A program made the position numbers and the translations under genes. From NCBI GenBank assembly GCA_964016885.1, contig OZ024743.1, forward strand, positions 172,112,001 to 172,176,000: DNA of 64,000 bases, read 5' to 3'. Shown here piece after piece: positions 1-12,579 of the stretch (position 1 is its first letter; the number at the start of each line of letters is the position of its first letter). This DNA is from Eledone cirrhosa. Taxonomy: Eukaryota. The notes below the pieces were generated by a model. It was not told where the DNA came from, searched no databases, and was given only the letters and a program-made list of their open reading frames with translations.

Positions 1-63
1 CAATTATTATTTCTGGCAATATTATAACAATATGACCCTCCCCAAATATAGCAATTTATATAT

Positions 64-1890
64 GCGCTCGCGTAGTCCACAGCTCGACCAGCCTCACCAC
101 ACGCCCTCATGCCCCCCGCCCATCGTCTCCACTTCTCCGCTCACCTACGACCCCTCCACTGAACCATCCTCCGTCTCTTCTGACGCATCCAGTCCGACCC
201 GATCAACTTCACCCTATTCCCATCCCCACCTTCAAACCTGCGCGTAACCTTCCGTAAACTCTTTGTCTGCAGCTACAGACGCCCCCCACCCGGCTTGAAC
301 TCCCCACCCACTTCCTTTAGCATTCAACCGTTCCCCTCCCCCTCCCCTGCATCCCCCTACTAACACCACTAAAACATTCCCATGATTAATAGTCCCCTCC
401 ACTTCCAGCCACCCTCACCCCCTTGGTTCACCCCACCACTAATAATGCTAACAACCTCCACCCCTCCCCCATCACACACGCACCCACACCCTGAACCCGC
501 ATACACACCAGTATATATATACACTCACTCACTATTCATACACCCTACTTCCACCACTAACCCCCACCATCACATCCACATTCGACCACCCCACCACTAA
601 TAATTCTAACCCCCCCCCCCCCCCCCACAACAACCTTCCCCTCACAACGCACACACACCAGCATGTATACACTCACCCACATCTACGTACACATCGATAC
701 ACCACACCCGCACTGCCGCCACTAACCCCACCACATACCCGTATTTGACTCCCACCTCTAATAATACTAACATCCACCCCACCCACACAAACATGCACAC
801 ACACACCAGTATATTGCACTCACTCATACAGTACCTAGCACCTTCTCCCTCCCCCCGTACTAGCCCCTTCCCATACACACCCTACTAACAACTCCACTAA
901 TATACACACAACCCCCTACACACACCACCACCCTCTCCTCCAACTGTTCACACTGACCCACCTCCTCTTCCATCCACCGCATTTCTGCACACACATACAC
1001 ACATACCACACACACATACAGGCCACACCTGCCAACTACCACTCGCCTGACTGTTCCCTACCCTCTTGACTACGATCTCCTAGCCCTCTCTCGCACACTT
1101 CACCTTGCCTGCTCCACCCCCTGCCTTGACCTTCTTGACCACTTCCTGTTGCGCGCGCCCCACAACTTTCTACTTCCTCCTCACCAATTCCACGGATCCT
1201 ACACCGCTGGTCACACTCTCAGGACATCTAACAGATAGTACCCGGATGTTCACCATCTGACGACACTCTCAGCGCAAAAACATTCAGGAACGCACATACA
1301 CACACACAAACACTTACACCATTTTCGCACATATGCAACCAAACATTCCCACAAAAAGACACACAAAAAGACACATACACACACGTGCGTATCCTCACAT
1401 ACACCCATTCTGCCTCCGGAATCCGTACGCTACCACTTCCACACCCATTTCGACACCTCTCCATCCACACACACGCGCACACAGACTTACACCCCATCCC
1501 ATGTACACACTTGTTTTCCTAATACTCGAGCATGGGACTCCGTTCTCTCCCAATCTCTCACACTCACATCCACGCATACACACACACACATACACACACA
1601 CCACCTTCCACCCCCTTACCACCACCTCTACACGCCTCACACCCTTTCACCACTTGTTTTCATTTAAAATTTTTCCTTCATTTTAATTTTTCTCCTTTTA
1701 TTTTAATGTCTTTCCACCACTCCCCCCTCACACCCTCTCGTAACTCTCTTTTCCTTCCCACCTTTCTCCCGATGAAGGGCTTATGCCCGAAACGTCGTCC
1801 CCCATCCTCCACTCTCAAGCTTGTACCTGATGCCAACACTGTTCGTAACTGCACTCCTTCTTATTGTTTTTGTTTTTTACCGTTCCTATA
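64..1890 (+). mobile_element. Degenerate 3' part of a Neptune/Poseidon-like PLE with C-rich low-complexity expansions
   Basis: 120-270 decays from a PLE linker-like peptide (LTYDP...ILRLF.RIQSDP..LFPSP...NL). The region ends with a minimal HHR-like core at 1769-1793, CCGATGA-agggc ttat gccc-GAAAC. Composition resembles the PLE at 24.7-27.3 kb. Confidence 0.45.
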
Positions 1891-2021
1891 TATATGAGTT
1901 GGTAGATCTACCAACTCATAATATTACAAAATTAAATCAAATTGTTTAGAACTTACAAGTGAAGTCATTCTTTGCCTTTTTTTTCAAATATACCTAACTG
2001 TACCAAGGATCTCAGACATTT

Positions 2022-2056
<35 letters not shown>

Positions 2057-2141
2057 AAAGTTTTATTTAAAATTGTTGGGTTACAACGAGTAAATATTTT
2101 ATAACTGATATAAAAGCACTCAACAAGTTTTGGAGTAGATT

Positions 2142-2491
2142 TACGATATTAAACAAATGGAAACTATATTTATAAAACCATATTTATTTCATTATATATA
2201 TTTCAGGGATATCATATTAAAAATATGGTATGCCTTCCTCAGACAAAATACAATATATAAACCGTTTTATAAATAAATTTGACATACCTTAAACATTACA
2301 ACTTCTACCAAATCAACTTTTTAAATGGAAGTTGTAATGTTTAAGGTATGTCAAATTTATTTATAAAACGGTTTATATATTGTATTTTGTCTGAGGAAGG
2401 CATACCATATTTTTAATATGATATCCCTGAAATATATATAATGAAATAAATATGGTTTTATAAATATAGTTTCCATTTGTTTAATATCGTA
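2142..2491. repeat. 164-bp inverted repeat with 22-nt spacer, made of a PLE terminal-repeat fragment carrying an HHR
   Basis: 2142-2305 is the reverse complement of 2328-2491. HHR core CTGAGGA (2391) ... GAAA (2429). Homologous to the terminus of the Naiad-like element at 55515-55610. Confidence 0.85.
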
Positions 2492-2924
2492 TATATATAT
2501 ATATAGACAGTAGCATATCAGCTTGTACCAACGGATGACAAATTCACATGAAGTGTTATTAGTAATAATTTTGTTATAAAAGGAACGATCGACTTTCGTC
2601 AAATCGGACCGAGGAAACAATATATCCATTGGTCTTTCCAATTGCTAATACTATCTATCGGTCGCAACTCCGGGTAGAAGGAGAAACGTGAAATAAAAGT
2701 CTTGCTCAAGGAAATTTAGTAGCTCACACAATAATATGTATTTATTTATTTATATACGTTTATTTAATTATTTGTATACACGCACACACACACACATACA
2801 CACACACACATATTTATATATGCGTGTATTTGTATACCTATGGCGAGTGTTTTCGCGTATGCTTGTGTATGTACATATTTGGATGCGTGTATGTATTAAT
2901 TTCAATTACCTCTGTATTCTATTT

Positions 2925-3394
2925 ACTTTATTCTTAACTCTGAAGAGCAGAATCATTCGGTTTCCTAGTTAGAATTTTAATCTACGACTTCAGTTATACC
3001 ATTTACGTGGTTTTGTCTTTGCGTGCAATTGTCTCCACGCTCCACATATGACGTATTATCTTCCTTTTTTCCGTTCATTGCCAGAGAACGTCTCTATGAA
3101 CCACCTAAGAGAACATTAGTCTCGACTTCTTTTATACCATAAACGTGGTTCTGTCTTTGCATGTAATTGTTTTTCACGGCTCCAAATAATTACGTATTAT
3201 ATTTGTTTTTTCCCGTTCTTTGCCAGGGAACATTTCCACGAACCAAAGTATCGTCTTCCTGTCTTCCTCCGGTTGCAACGTTTTTTGAAATATTCACTTC
3301 TGCGTTTACAGATTGACTTTGTTAGTTTCAGAAGATCCCGTTAAGGGGGAAAACAGCGATTCTTTGCTTAAACTTTAATCTGTTATTTTAATAA

Positions 3395-3395
<1 letters not shown>
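2925..3395 (+). repeat. Dispersed non-coding repeat
   Basis: Homologous copies on the opposite strand at about 27898-28250 and 43113-43450, and a same-strand fragment at about 55358-55430 (shared cagcgattctttgcttaaactttaatctg). Confidence 0.75.
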
Positions 3396-3475
<80 letters not shown>

Positions 3476-3709
3476 TGCGCGTGTGTGCGTGTGTGTGTTT
3501 CTGTGTGTATGTGTGTGTGTGTGCGTGTGCGTGTGTGCGTGTGTATCTATGTATGTATTTACATACTATTATAAAGCTGTCAATTGCTACTAACCAATCT
3601 AATTAATCATTGATCAACTATTGGTTTGTTACAATATATATAAGAATCTACATGCGTATACATACACACAAACATATATATATACACATAAATACACACA
3701 TATACACAT

Positions 3710-3740
<31 letters not shown>

Positions 3741-3772
3741 CACACATAAACACATACGCGCGCACACATATG

Positions 3773-3824
<52 letters not shown>

Positions 3825-3966
3825 TATGTATATATATTTATATTTATATGTATGTATATAATTAATTCGAGTATGTGTTGGTTAATTACCGACACTACAG
3901 TATGCAGTATCAATCTCTCGACGAAGTGCGCAGGTGGGTCTGCGTACACCGAAGTAATTTAAAAAC

Positions 3967-4249
3967 AAGAAGTGTAAGTCAACAAGTTAAAATTAACTTC
4001 ATTTATTCATATTCGCTGTTATAGATATATTTCGAGGATAACCATTATTCAACAGCTATGACTTCATCAGACAGCTAGAATTTGAACAGAAAAAATCGAA
4101 ATAACAGAAGTAAGTTTTATTCCGTTGATATGCTTTTTTCTGTTTTTCTGTTCAAATTCTAGCTGTTGCATAATGTTTATCACTGAAATACATATAAAAG
4201 TGAATATGAATAAACGAAGTCAATTTTAACATGTTGACTTACACTTCTT
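3967..4249. repeat. Fold-back PLE terminal-repeat fragment with an HHR in the left arm (minus strand)
   Basis: 3967-4095 is inverted at 4143-4249. Minus strand reads gctgt-CTGATGA-stem II (atagctgtt/aatggttat)-GAAA-tatatcta-TA-acagc. Confidence 0.75.
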
Positions 4250-4989
4250 ATTTTATGTGTATATATATATATATATTATAATAGAATATAAAAGAAAAAG
4301 AAAAACGAACACAGATATATAAATATATGTGTTCAAATGGTAAGGGACCGGATTCGCTAAAGTGAAAAGAATACTAACTATAGACAATTAGGTTTGCTTT
4401 TCTAAATTTAAGAAAAAATTAAGAAAATAAATACAAACCGGAATTGTGGTAACTACTAATCACCCAGACAACTTGTTGTTGTTTCGCAATGTTAATTGTG
4501 AATAGAATTACCAATCCAAGCTCATCACTCGATGATGAATTACTATTCTAGACACTTCTAAGTATATTAAGAAACTAGCGCGCATGGTATCTTAGCGTGT
4601 CTCACAAACTTACACCACTAAAAATAGCAGCCAGGTTTATTCGACATTTGAAATAGCTCAACAAATTAACGGAGCCGAATATATCAAAAGTATATATTTA
4701 GTTAGGAACTCAAAATAGTCTTTTACAAGTCTCTGAATAATCTCTTTTTCTTTTATATTATATTATAATATACGGCTCGGAAATATCTCTTTCTTAGAGC
4801 TAATTTGTTGTATATATATATATGTATATATAATCACACCAACATATATGTATAGGAAAAACCCAAACTAAGTAATATAATTATATATCGATAGAAGTAA
4901 ATAAAAGAGTATCAACCTGAAATTATAAACATTTAAAATAACCAATCAAATTTTAGTATTATATCCTAATTAAACTCTTTAATTTTATA

Positions 4990-6190
4990 GTAAAATGGAA
5001 CTTTATAGTAAGATGGAATTACTTCATTTTTTGCATTTAGTAGATCTAATATAGAAGTCAGTATTTCACACACATTAAGCAAAGATAACTACTAATTCGG
5101 TTGCCTGCATAAGGTTTTGCTATATTAATAAAAGCCCAGTTAGTGTAGTGCATAATATTATCTTATTTTATTAATTTTGCCAGTGAGGTTGTATTCTTCA
5201 ATTTCTTATGTTTGAACGAATGAAATTGGGTGTAAAATCTAGTTTTAAACCTATTAGCTGTGGTCAAAATATAGTTGAACTTCTTACTATTATTTACCAC
5301 TTCACATTTATATATAACCTTTGTTCTAAAGCATTCAGAACCAACCGGGAAATTATTAGGATTCCTGCAACTTCGATCCATATTATTAGGGTGAATATTG
5401 TTATTGTAATTAGACTTCTTATCATTATTATCACCATAATTATCATTGATATTATTACTATCACCATTGCTCATATTATTAATAGTATTATTTCCATTAT
5501 TATTGTGGGTTATCTTATTATTGTTATTATTATTGTTACCATTATCCTTATTATTGTTATTACTACTAGTTTGATTACTCGTTGGATTATTTGTTAGTGT
5601 ATTTTCAATGTTATATGTGGAGGCTCTATTAATATTTATATTTTGAGGTCTATTGATTAGAGTGCTTGTATAATTATTCATATTATTTTCTCTATTCCTA
5701 CTTTTATTATTTGTAGGGGAGCTGGTATCGTTTTACTATTTAATCTGAAAGAATCAATTTTCTTTATCATATAAATCCGGCACATTATTCGTTGAGACAA
5801 ATAATTTCACATTATTTCTGTTTATTATTTCAACGTATCTGTGGGTAGGAAAGAAGTTTTTCTCTACAATCCTGAAAGAAATGGTATGGTATATTAGAAG
5901 TTACTTGAACTCCGAATGGAGGATTAAACCAGATACATTCTTCCGTCTTAGTTTCTTATTTATGTTACAACTACTTGCTTTATTGCTCAATATAATATCT
6001 GTATAGTTACTTTTTTTATGAAGTGAGTTTATTTTTGGACTGCTATATCTAAAGTCAATAATTGGTTGGTTCAATTTATCATTTTTATTCATCGCTTTCT
6101 TATTTTTATTTTTATTATCATAATTTATATAATTATGTTTGTTACTATAATCATTTTCAGATGTGTAGACTTAATTATAAGTTCTTTTAA
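4990..6190 (-). mobile_element. Decayed AT-rich Naiad-like PLE, linker plus GIY-YIG endonuclease
   Basis: ORF 5163-5681 contains SCRNPNNFPVGSECFRTKVIYKCEV...YILTTANRFKTRF..H.SFKH...TTSL, matching the C-termini of the PLEs at 47 kb and 51 kb. Confidence 0.75.
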
Positions 6191-6652
6191 CTTTATATTT
6201 TATTTGGTCTTTGTAACCTGATCTATATATAACCTCATTATAAGAACTAGCATAAAAACCACCCTTCGGGCGGTTTTCTGCTAGCATGTGTAGTGTGTAT
6301 ATTGATATTATACGCAGGTATATATACATGTAGATATGATACATCAAATAAAATCGCAATTGCCAATATATAATATATAGAAATTGAACGAAGACTGTGT
6401 TACACTGTCTTATTTAATCAGTAACGTAATCCATGATACATTAAAAAAGACGATATTATATATAAACTGCATTAGGAGAAAATTAGTGACAGAAAATTAG
6501 TATGTTTATTTAAGCGATGGCCAACCGGAAGTGTTGACATTTCAGAAATTTTAAAGTGAATCTTTAAATAAACAAAATATATTTAATCAACGGCCACGAA
6601 ATTTAGTAGATAAATTATGTAATATTCATTCATTATTTATTCAAATTTATTC

Positions 6653-6990
6653 ACATAGAGTTACGGCCCTTATCATTCTGAGTTCAAATCTCGCCGAGGT
6701 TAACTTTGCCTTTCATCCTTACGGGGTCGATAAAATAAAGTACCAGTAATGTACTGGGTAATTGCTGGCCTTGTGCCAAAAGTAGAAACAATTATTTATT
6801 CAAATTGGCAGTATCGGTAGACGGTCGGACGCCATGCTTTGACGCATAGAGTTACGTCCCTTGCCATTCTGAGTTCAAATCCCGCCGAGGTTAACTTTGC
6901 CTTTCATCCTTACGGGCTCGATAAAATAAAGAACCAGTAATACACTGGGTAATTGCTGGCCTTGTGCCAAAAGTAGAAACAATTATTTAT
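6653..6990 (+). mobile_element. Two tandem tRNA-derived SINE copies, the first 5'-truncated
   Basis: A-box-like TGGCAGTATCGG, B-box GTTCAAATC, conserved core ctttgcctttcatccttacggggtcgataaaataaag, and an ATT-rich tail. Confidence 0.85.
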
Positions 6991-7149
6991 TCAAAGTAAT
7001 CCAACTTATTTTACTAATGGGATAACAAATTATAAACCTTACGCAGTCTCGCGCTCCTTACTTTGTTATAGTTTAGATGAGTTTTAAAAAAAAATAGTTA
7101 ATAAATAAATAAGGAGTTAATAAATAAATAAAACATTATACTTGTTTTA

Positions 7150-7545
7150 CCCTCCCATTTCCAATTAAACCGAACGCTATCATGACTGCATGTGTGTGTT
7201 TGTGTATATGTATATGTATGAATGTATGTATGTCTGTGTAAATGTATATGTGTGAATGTATGTAAGTTTGTGTGAAAGTATGTGTGAATGTATGTATGTT
7301 TGTGTGAAAGTATGTATATTTGTGTGAAAGTATACCCTCCCATCTCCAATTAAACCGAACGCTATCATAACTGTATGTGTGTTTTTGTGTAAATGTATAT
7401 GTGTGAATGTATGTATGTTTGTGTGAAAGTACATGTGTGAATGTTTGTATATTTGTGTGAAAGTATGTATGTTTGTGTGAAAGTATGTGTTAATGTATGT
7501 ATATTTGTGTGAAAGTATGTGTATTTGTGTGAATTATGTCCGTGA
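7150..7545. repeat. Compound minisatellite (gtgtgaaagtatgt-like units) with a duplicated ~45-bp head
   Basis: cctcccat.tccaattaaaccgaacgctatcat occurs at about 7150 and 7335, each followed by the TG-rich units. Confidence 0.7.
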
Positions 7546-7864
7546 GAGTGAATTTTTATAAGTTTGTGTTTGCGCGATTATAGTTATATACTCATACTAG
7601 TTACATACTCATACATATAGCTGTATGTATGTGCACAATCATACGCGTCAGGTGTAGAAAATCATAATCTCTCTAGCTCTCTCTCATCACAAACTCTCTC
7701 TTTCTATATATATGGTAGTTGAAATGGTGGTGGTGGTGACGATATACCGGAAGTGCAACTTTGAAAAGAAGTCAATTTGAAATTATTTATTTTTACGAAA
7801 TTATTTTTGTTTACGAAATTGAGTACATAACTTATGTAATATTCATTCATTATTTATTCAAAGT

Positions 7865-8047
7865 GCGGTGGATTGGCAGTATCGGTAGAGGGTCGGACGC
7901 CATGCTTTCCAGCATAGTTACGTCCCTTTACGATCTGAGTTCAAATCCCGCCGAGGTTGACTTTGCCTTTCATCCTTACGGGGTCGATAAAATAAAGTAC
8001 CAGTAATGCACTGGGTAATTGCTGGCCTTGTGTCTAAAGTAGAAACA
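7865..8047 (+). mobile_element. Full-length tRNA-derived SINE with a 16-bp TSD
   Basis: A and B boxes present. TSD attatttattcaaagt at 7849-7864 and 8048-8063. Confidence 0.9.
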
Positions 8048-8139
8048 ATTATTTATTCAAAGTAATCCAACTTATTTTACAAACTGGATAAAAAAAAAGA
8101 AACCGTATGCAATCCCACAGATCTTCCTTTATTATAGTT

Positions 8140-8944
8140 TAGATTTGCACTTTGATTGAATACATCAATATTAGCAGAGAGAGTCGTTATTCTACTTGAG
8201 ATATTATTAACTATTGCCTTAATAAAGTTAGGATGGTTAGAAAGCTTATGTAGATAATAACGAATATCACCAGGTATATGGTAAGTTTGGAAAGTATAGT
8301 TTTACGTCTAAAAAGTTAACTTTATCATTATTTTCAATAGTAATACTTAAATCATACTTTTTAAAAACTCTATGTATACTTTTTCATACTCCTTCTAAAG
8401 CAGATTTAGTGAAATTCTCAAAAGTAAACAGAGCGTCATCACAATATAATCCCCCACACATAGCAGGAAAACTAGCTTTTAATCCAACTAAATCTGTTAT
8501 TTGGGCTAAGTCAGTGGATTCCTTAGTAACATCAAAATTATTTGGGCGATCACGATTAAATTTAATAATAGTTCTTTTAGCTATTATAATTATTTAAATT
8601 TCAAATTATGTTATATCTCTAAGGTTAGCAGCAAAGGATAAAACTATCTAGAAGGGAGGAAAAGATGGAAGCATAATAGTTATTGATATTAAATTGTAAA
8701 ACATTCAATTTACTACAATTATTAAAGTTTCTAAGCCAAATAGTACATCATTAGTATTTCCCCAAAGGCTTAGCATTATTTGACTTTGATTAATAATAGA
8801 TATTCGATCTATTATTTGTTTTTGTGTTTTTGACTGATTCTACCTACATCTGAAGTAAAAGTACAAATTAATCGTATGGTAGGGTTATTCTAAAAGTCTA
8901 CTTTATGTTCTTTAAGTTAAAATCTAGGTGTTTTAGGAGTATAT

Positions 8945-8946
<2 letters not shown>
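8140..8946 (-). mobile_element. Decayed Naiad-like PLE reverse transcriptase fragment
   Basis: Minus strand encodes TPKTPRF.LKEHKVDF.NNPTIRLI..SDVGRIS, homologous to FTPKQPRFTLKDHKEDFLSNPSIRLISPSKSDLGIIS in ORF 45105-45884. Confidence 0.75.
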
Positions 8947-9004
<58 letters not shown>

Positions 9005-9849
9005 CCATATACTCCTAAAACACCTAGATTTTATCTTAAAGAACATATATATAATATGGAAAACGAAGAATCAGTGATGCATCGGAACACAATTTATTAA
9101 CGTATTACAACTGTTTCTCCGGCGAACAGCTCGAGGTGCGATCTATTTGTGGATCGAAACTGAGTATGGATTCGCAAGTTCCTCAGATACGTCTAGTGAC
9201 TTCGAAGCAAATCATCTGTCTGTTGGATTCCGACCCTTAGAATCCTGTTTGCACGGCCCATTGATTTGTCAAGAGTTCGAGACGTCATCTGTATATTTGA
9301 TCATTCAAAGCTGGCCACAGGTCATTTCCATTCAGGCGTAAGCAGTCACTTACCTTAATTCTGTCACCAGAATTACTTCTACATGGGCAAGGGGTTAAGA
9401 GCTGCTTTGCCCGTCCCTAGCTTGCCCGTAGCCCGACACACACACACCCACCCACACAGACGTGTGCACACAAATAGTCAGACATTCCGAGCTCCTGATC
9501 ACACACTTATCTGTGGGGACATATACACACACACAGCCGGCGTGTACGCTCACGTGTTTGTGCACACACGTACACATGCATATATTCACCCCTCCTGTAG
9601 AGGTACATGCATACACAGATATATGCACACATGTACACATACACGGACCCATAGATATACATATATATATATCCATACATATACACACACATATACATAC
9701 ACACCCACATATACATACACACCCATATATACATACACACCCATATATACATACACACCCATATATACATACACACACACAAACATATACCCGCGCATAC
9801 ATATGCACGCAACCAAGCTTACTCTTATACACACACATATACATATATG

Positions 9850-9905
<56 letters not shown>

Positions 9906-11123
9906 TGCACCCGTATTTACGCATGCACAGACACACCGACATAGGCCCATGCGCACACACATTTATAATTACAGACACACCCAGACATACGCGTGTGTGT
10001 GTGTGTATGCATGACCCTGCAGACACTCTTGTATACATAGATTATATACGCATATAAACACACACCCATATACACCTTGAGTAGGCCGGTTTAGGGTGTT
10101 AACCTGAGATACTCCACGTATAACCCACATATAAACAAAATACATACATATGAAAAGAAACCGTACAAAACTACTTGGAAAGTACACAGAAACATGCATA
10201 TAATGCTGTACATCAGGGAATACACAAAGAAAGTTTACGTGAAGAAATATGTAAAAAAAACAACATAAAAAGTGCATGTAAGGAAATCGTCAAAGAATGC
10301 ACGCAACATCTCACGTAGCGGTATATACGTGTATGCAGACACACTTTGATGCACACGTTGGGTATACTCAATCCGGTCTCACCTATCACTAATGCACTGT
10401 GTTTCAGCCACAGTACCATACTCCGTTACAAACTGTTTTTGCGTGTTCCCTGCATATATATATATTTTATGTAGTGTATGTGTTTTCTCTACGTATTCCA
10501 ATATGTAATGTTTTATGTATTTTTTTCATATACATCCTCATATGTATTTTTTATATATCTTTTAAGTATATCCGTTGCATTGTTCCTATGAGCTTCCCGT
10601 ATATAATTTTGTTTATATGGTTTCTTTATGTGGATTATTTCACCTTAACATCCTAATGCCAACTCACTCAACGGGTGCATCAAAGTGTGTCTGCATACAC
10701 GTATATACCGCTATGTGAGATGTTGCGTGCATTCTTTGACGTATTCCTTACATGCACCTTTTGGGTTATTTTTTACGTATTTCTTCACGTAAACTTTCTT
10801 TGTGTATTCCCTGATGTACAGCATTATATGCATGTTTCTGTGTACTTTCCAAGTAGTTTTATACGGTTTCTTTTCATATGTATGTATTTTGTATATATGT
10901 GGTTTATACGTGGAGTATCTCAGGTTAACACCCTAAACCGGCCTACTCAAGGTGTATATGGGTGTGTGTTTATATGCGTATATAATCTATGTGTACAAGA
11001 GTGTCTGCAGGGTCATGCATACACACACACACGCGCGTATATCTGGGTGTGTCTGTAATTATATATGTGTGTGCGCGTAGGCCTATGTCCGTGTGTCTGT
11101 TCATGCGTACATACGGGTGCATA

Positions 11124-11173
<50 letters not shown>

Positions 11174-11237
11174 CGAATATGTATATGTGTGTGTATAAGA
11201 GTAGTTTTGGTTGCGTACATATGTATGTGCGGGTATA

Positions 11238-11349
<112 letters not shown>

Positions 11350-11409
11350 GGTGTGTATATATGTGTATATATATATATGTGTTTGTGTATATGTATGGAT
11401 ATATATATA

Positions 11410-11565
11410 CGTGGGAAAGTAAAAAATCGGAGAATAGACCGTTAAAACATGTTTATTTAAAACAGCACCTACGTACGTTTCGCCCATTTGGGCTTCTCAA
11501 GGGCATAAATAATCAAAAGTGTTCCTTATATTGCTCGGAAAGAGTTTTTTGGGGTTAAACTGGAT
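11410..11565 (-). mobile_element. Short nested PLE-like terminus with a degenerate minimal HHR
   Basis: Minus strand reads cTTGAGAA-gccc aaat gggc-GAAAC-gtac-GTA followed by AATAAA. Absent from the left arm of the host element. Confidence 0.5.
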
Positions 11566-12069
11566 ATATATATATATATATGTATATCTGTGGGTCCGTG
11601 TAGGTGTACATGTGTGCATATATCTGTGTATGCATGTACCTATACAGGAGGGGTGAATATATGCATGTGTACGTGTGTGCACAAACACGTGAGCGTACAC
11701 GCCGGCTGTGTGTGTGTAGATGTCCCCACAGATAAGTGTGTGATCAGGAACTCGGAATGTCTGACTAAGTGTGTGCACACGTCTGTGTGGGTGGGTGGGT
11801 GTGTGTCGGGCTACGGGCAAGCTAGGGACGGGCAAAGCAGCTCTTAACCCATTTCCCATGTAGAAGTAATTCTGGCGGCAGAATTAAGGTAAGTGATAGC
11901 TCACGCCTGAATGGAAATGATCTGTGGCCAGCTTTGAATGATCAAATATACAGATGACATCTCGAACTCTTGACCAATCAACGGGCCGTGCAAACAGGAT
12001 GATGGCAGATGATAGAAATTCTAAGGGTCGGAGTCCAAGAGACAGAGGATTTGCTTCAAATTCACTAAA

Positions 12070-12160
12070 CGTATCTGAGGAATTCGCGAATCCAGAGTCA
12101 GTTTCGATCCACAAATAGATCGCACCTCGAGCTGTTCGCCGGAGAAACTATTGTAATACG
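12070..12160 (+). ncRNA. Type I hammerhead ribozyme with extended stem II
   Basis: cgtat-CTGAGGA-[~60-nt stem II incl. gcgaa/ttcgc]-GAAAC-tatt-GTA-atacg. Stem I is cgtat/atacg. A mirror copy lies at about 9101-9191 on the minus strand. Confidence 0.65.
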
Positions 12161-12283
12161 TTAATAAATTGTGTTCCGATGCATCACCGATTCTTCGTTT
12201 TCCATATTATTATACTCTGCTCCGAAGGAGCAAAGAGTGCTCAACCAGTATACCTACTATGGACACATCCAAGCAACCATACT

Positions 12284-12379
<96 letters not shown>

Positions 12380-12579
12380 AAGTGAGGGTTTTTTTTACAA
12401 AATGAAAAATAACCGAGGTGTCCTACACGAGTGAAAGTATAAAGAAAAAAAGATGAAATCGAAAATGCAACTGGAGTCTTATTTTTTAAAATATATATAT
12501 ATATATTTGGTTCCTTTACCGGTTTCGCAGTTCTTCTGCTTTTCAAAAGTAGAGTTGAGATGGAGGGTCTGTGGTTTTT

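Noticed and set aside
3397-3949. ORFs of CV/YI/HT dipeptide repeats (also at 9.4-12.4, 20.3-21, 42, 44, 49.7 and 54 kb)
   Set aside because: Translations of (TG)n, (TA)n and (CA)n microsatellites, which lack stop codons.
6254-6278. Hairpin aaaaccaccc ttcg ggcggtttt resembling a bacterial terminator
   Set aside because: Isolated in AT-rich eukaryotic repeat DNA with no prokaryotic gene context.
7150-7545. CRISPR-like array
   Set aside because: Degenerate minisatellite without unique spacers, in a eukaryotic context.
6653-8047. tRNA genes
   Set aside because: The A/B boxes belong to SINE heads with no cloverleaf, and they carry a SINE body, tail and TSD.
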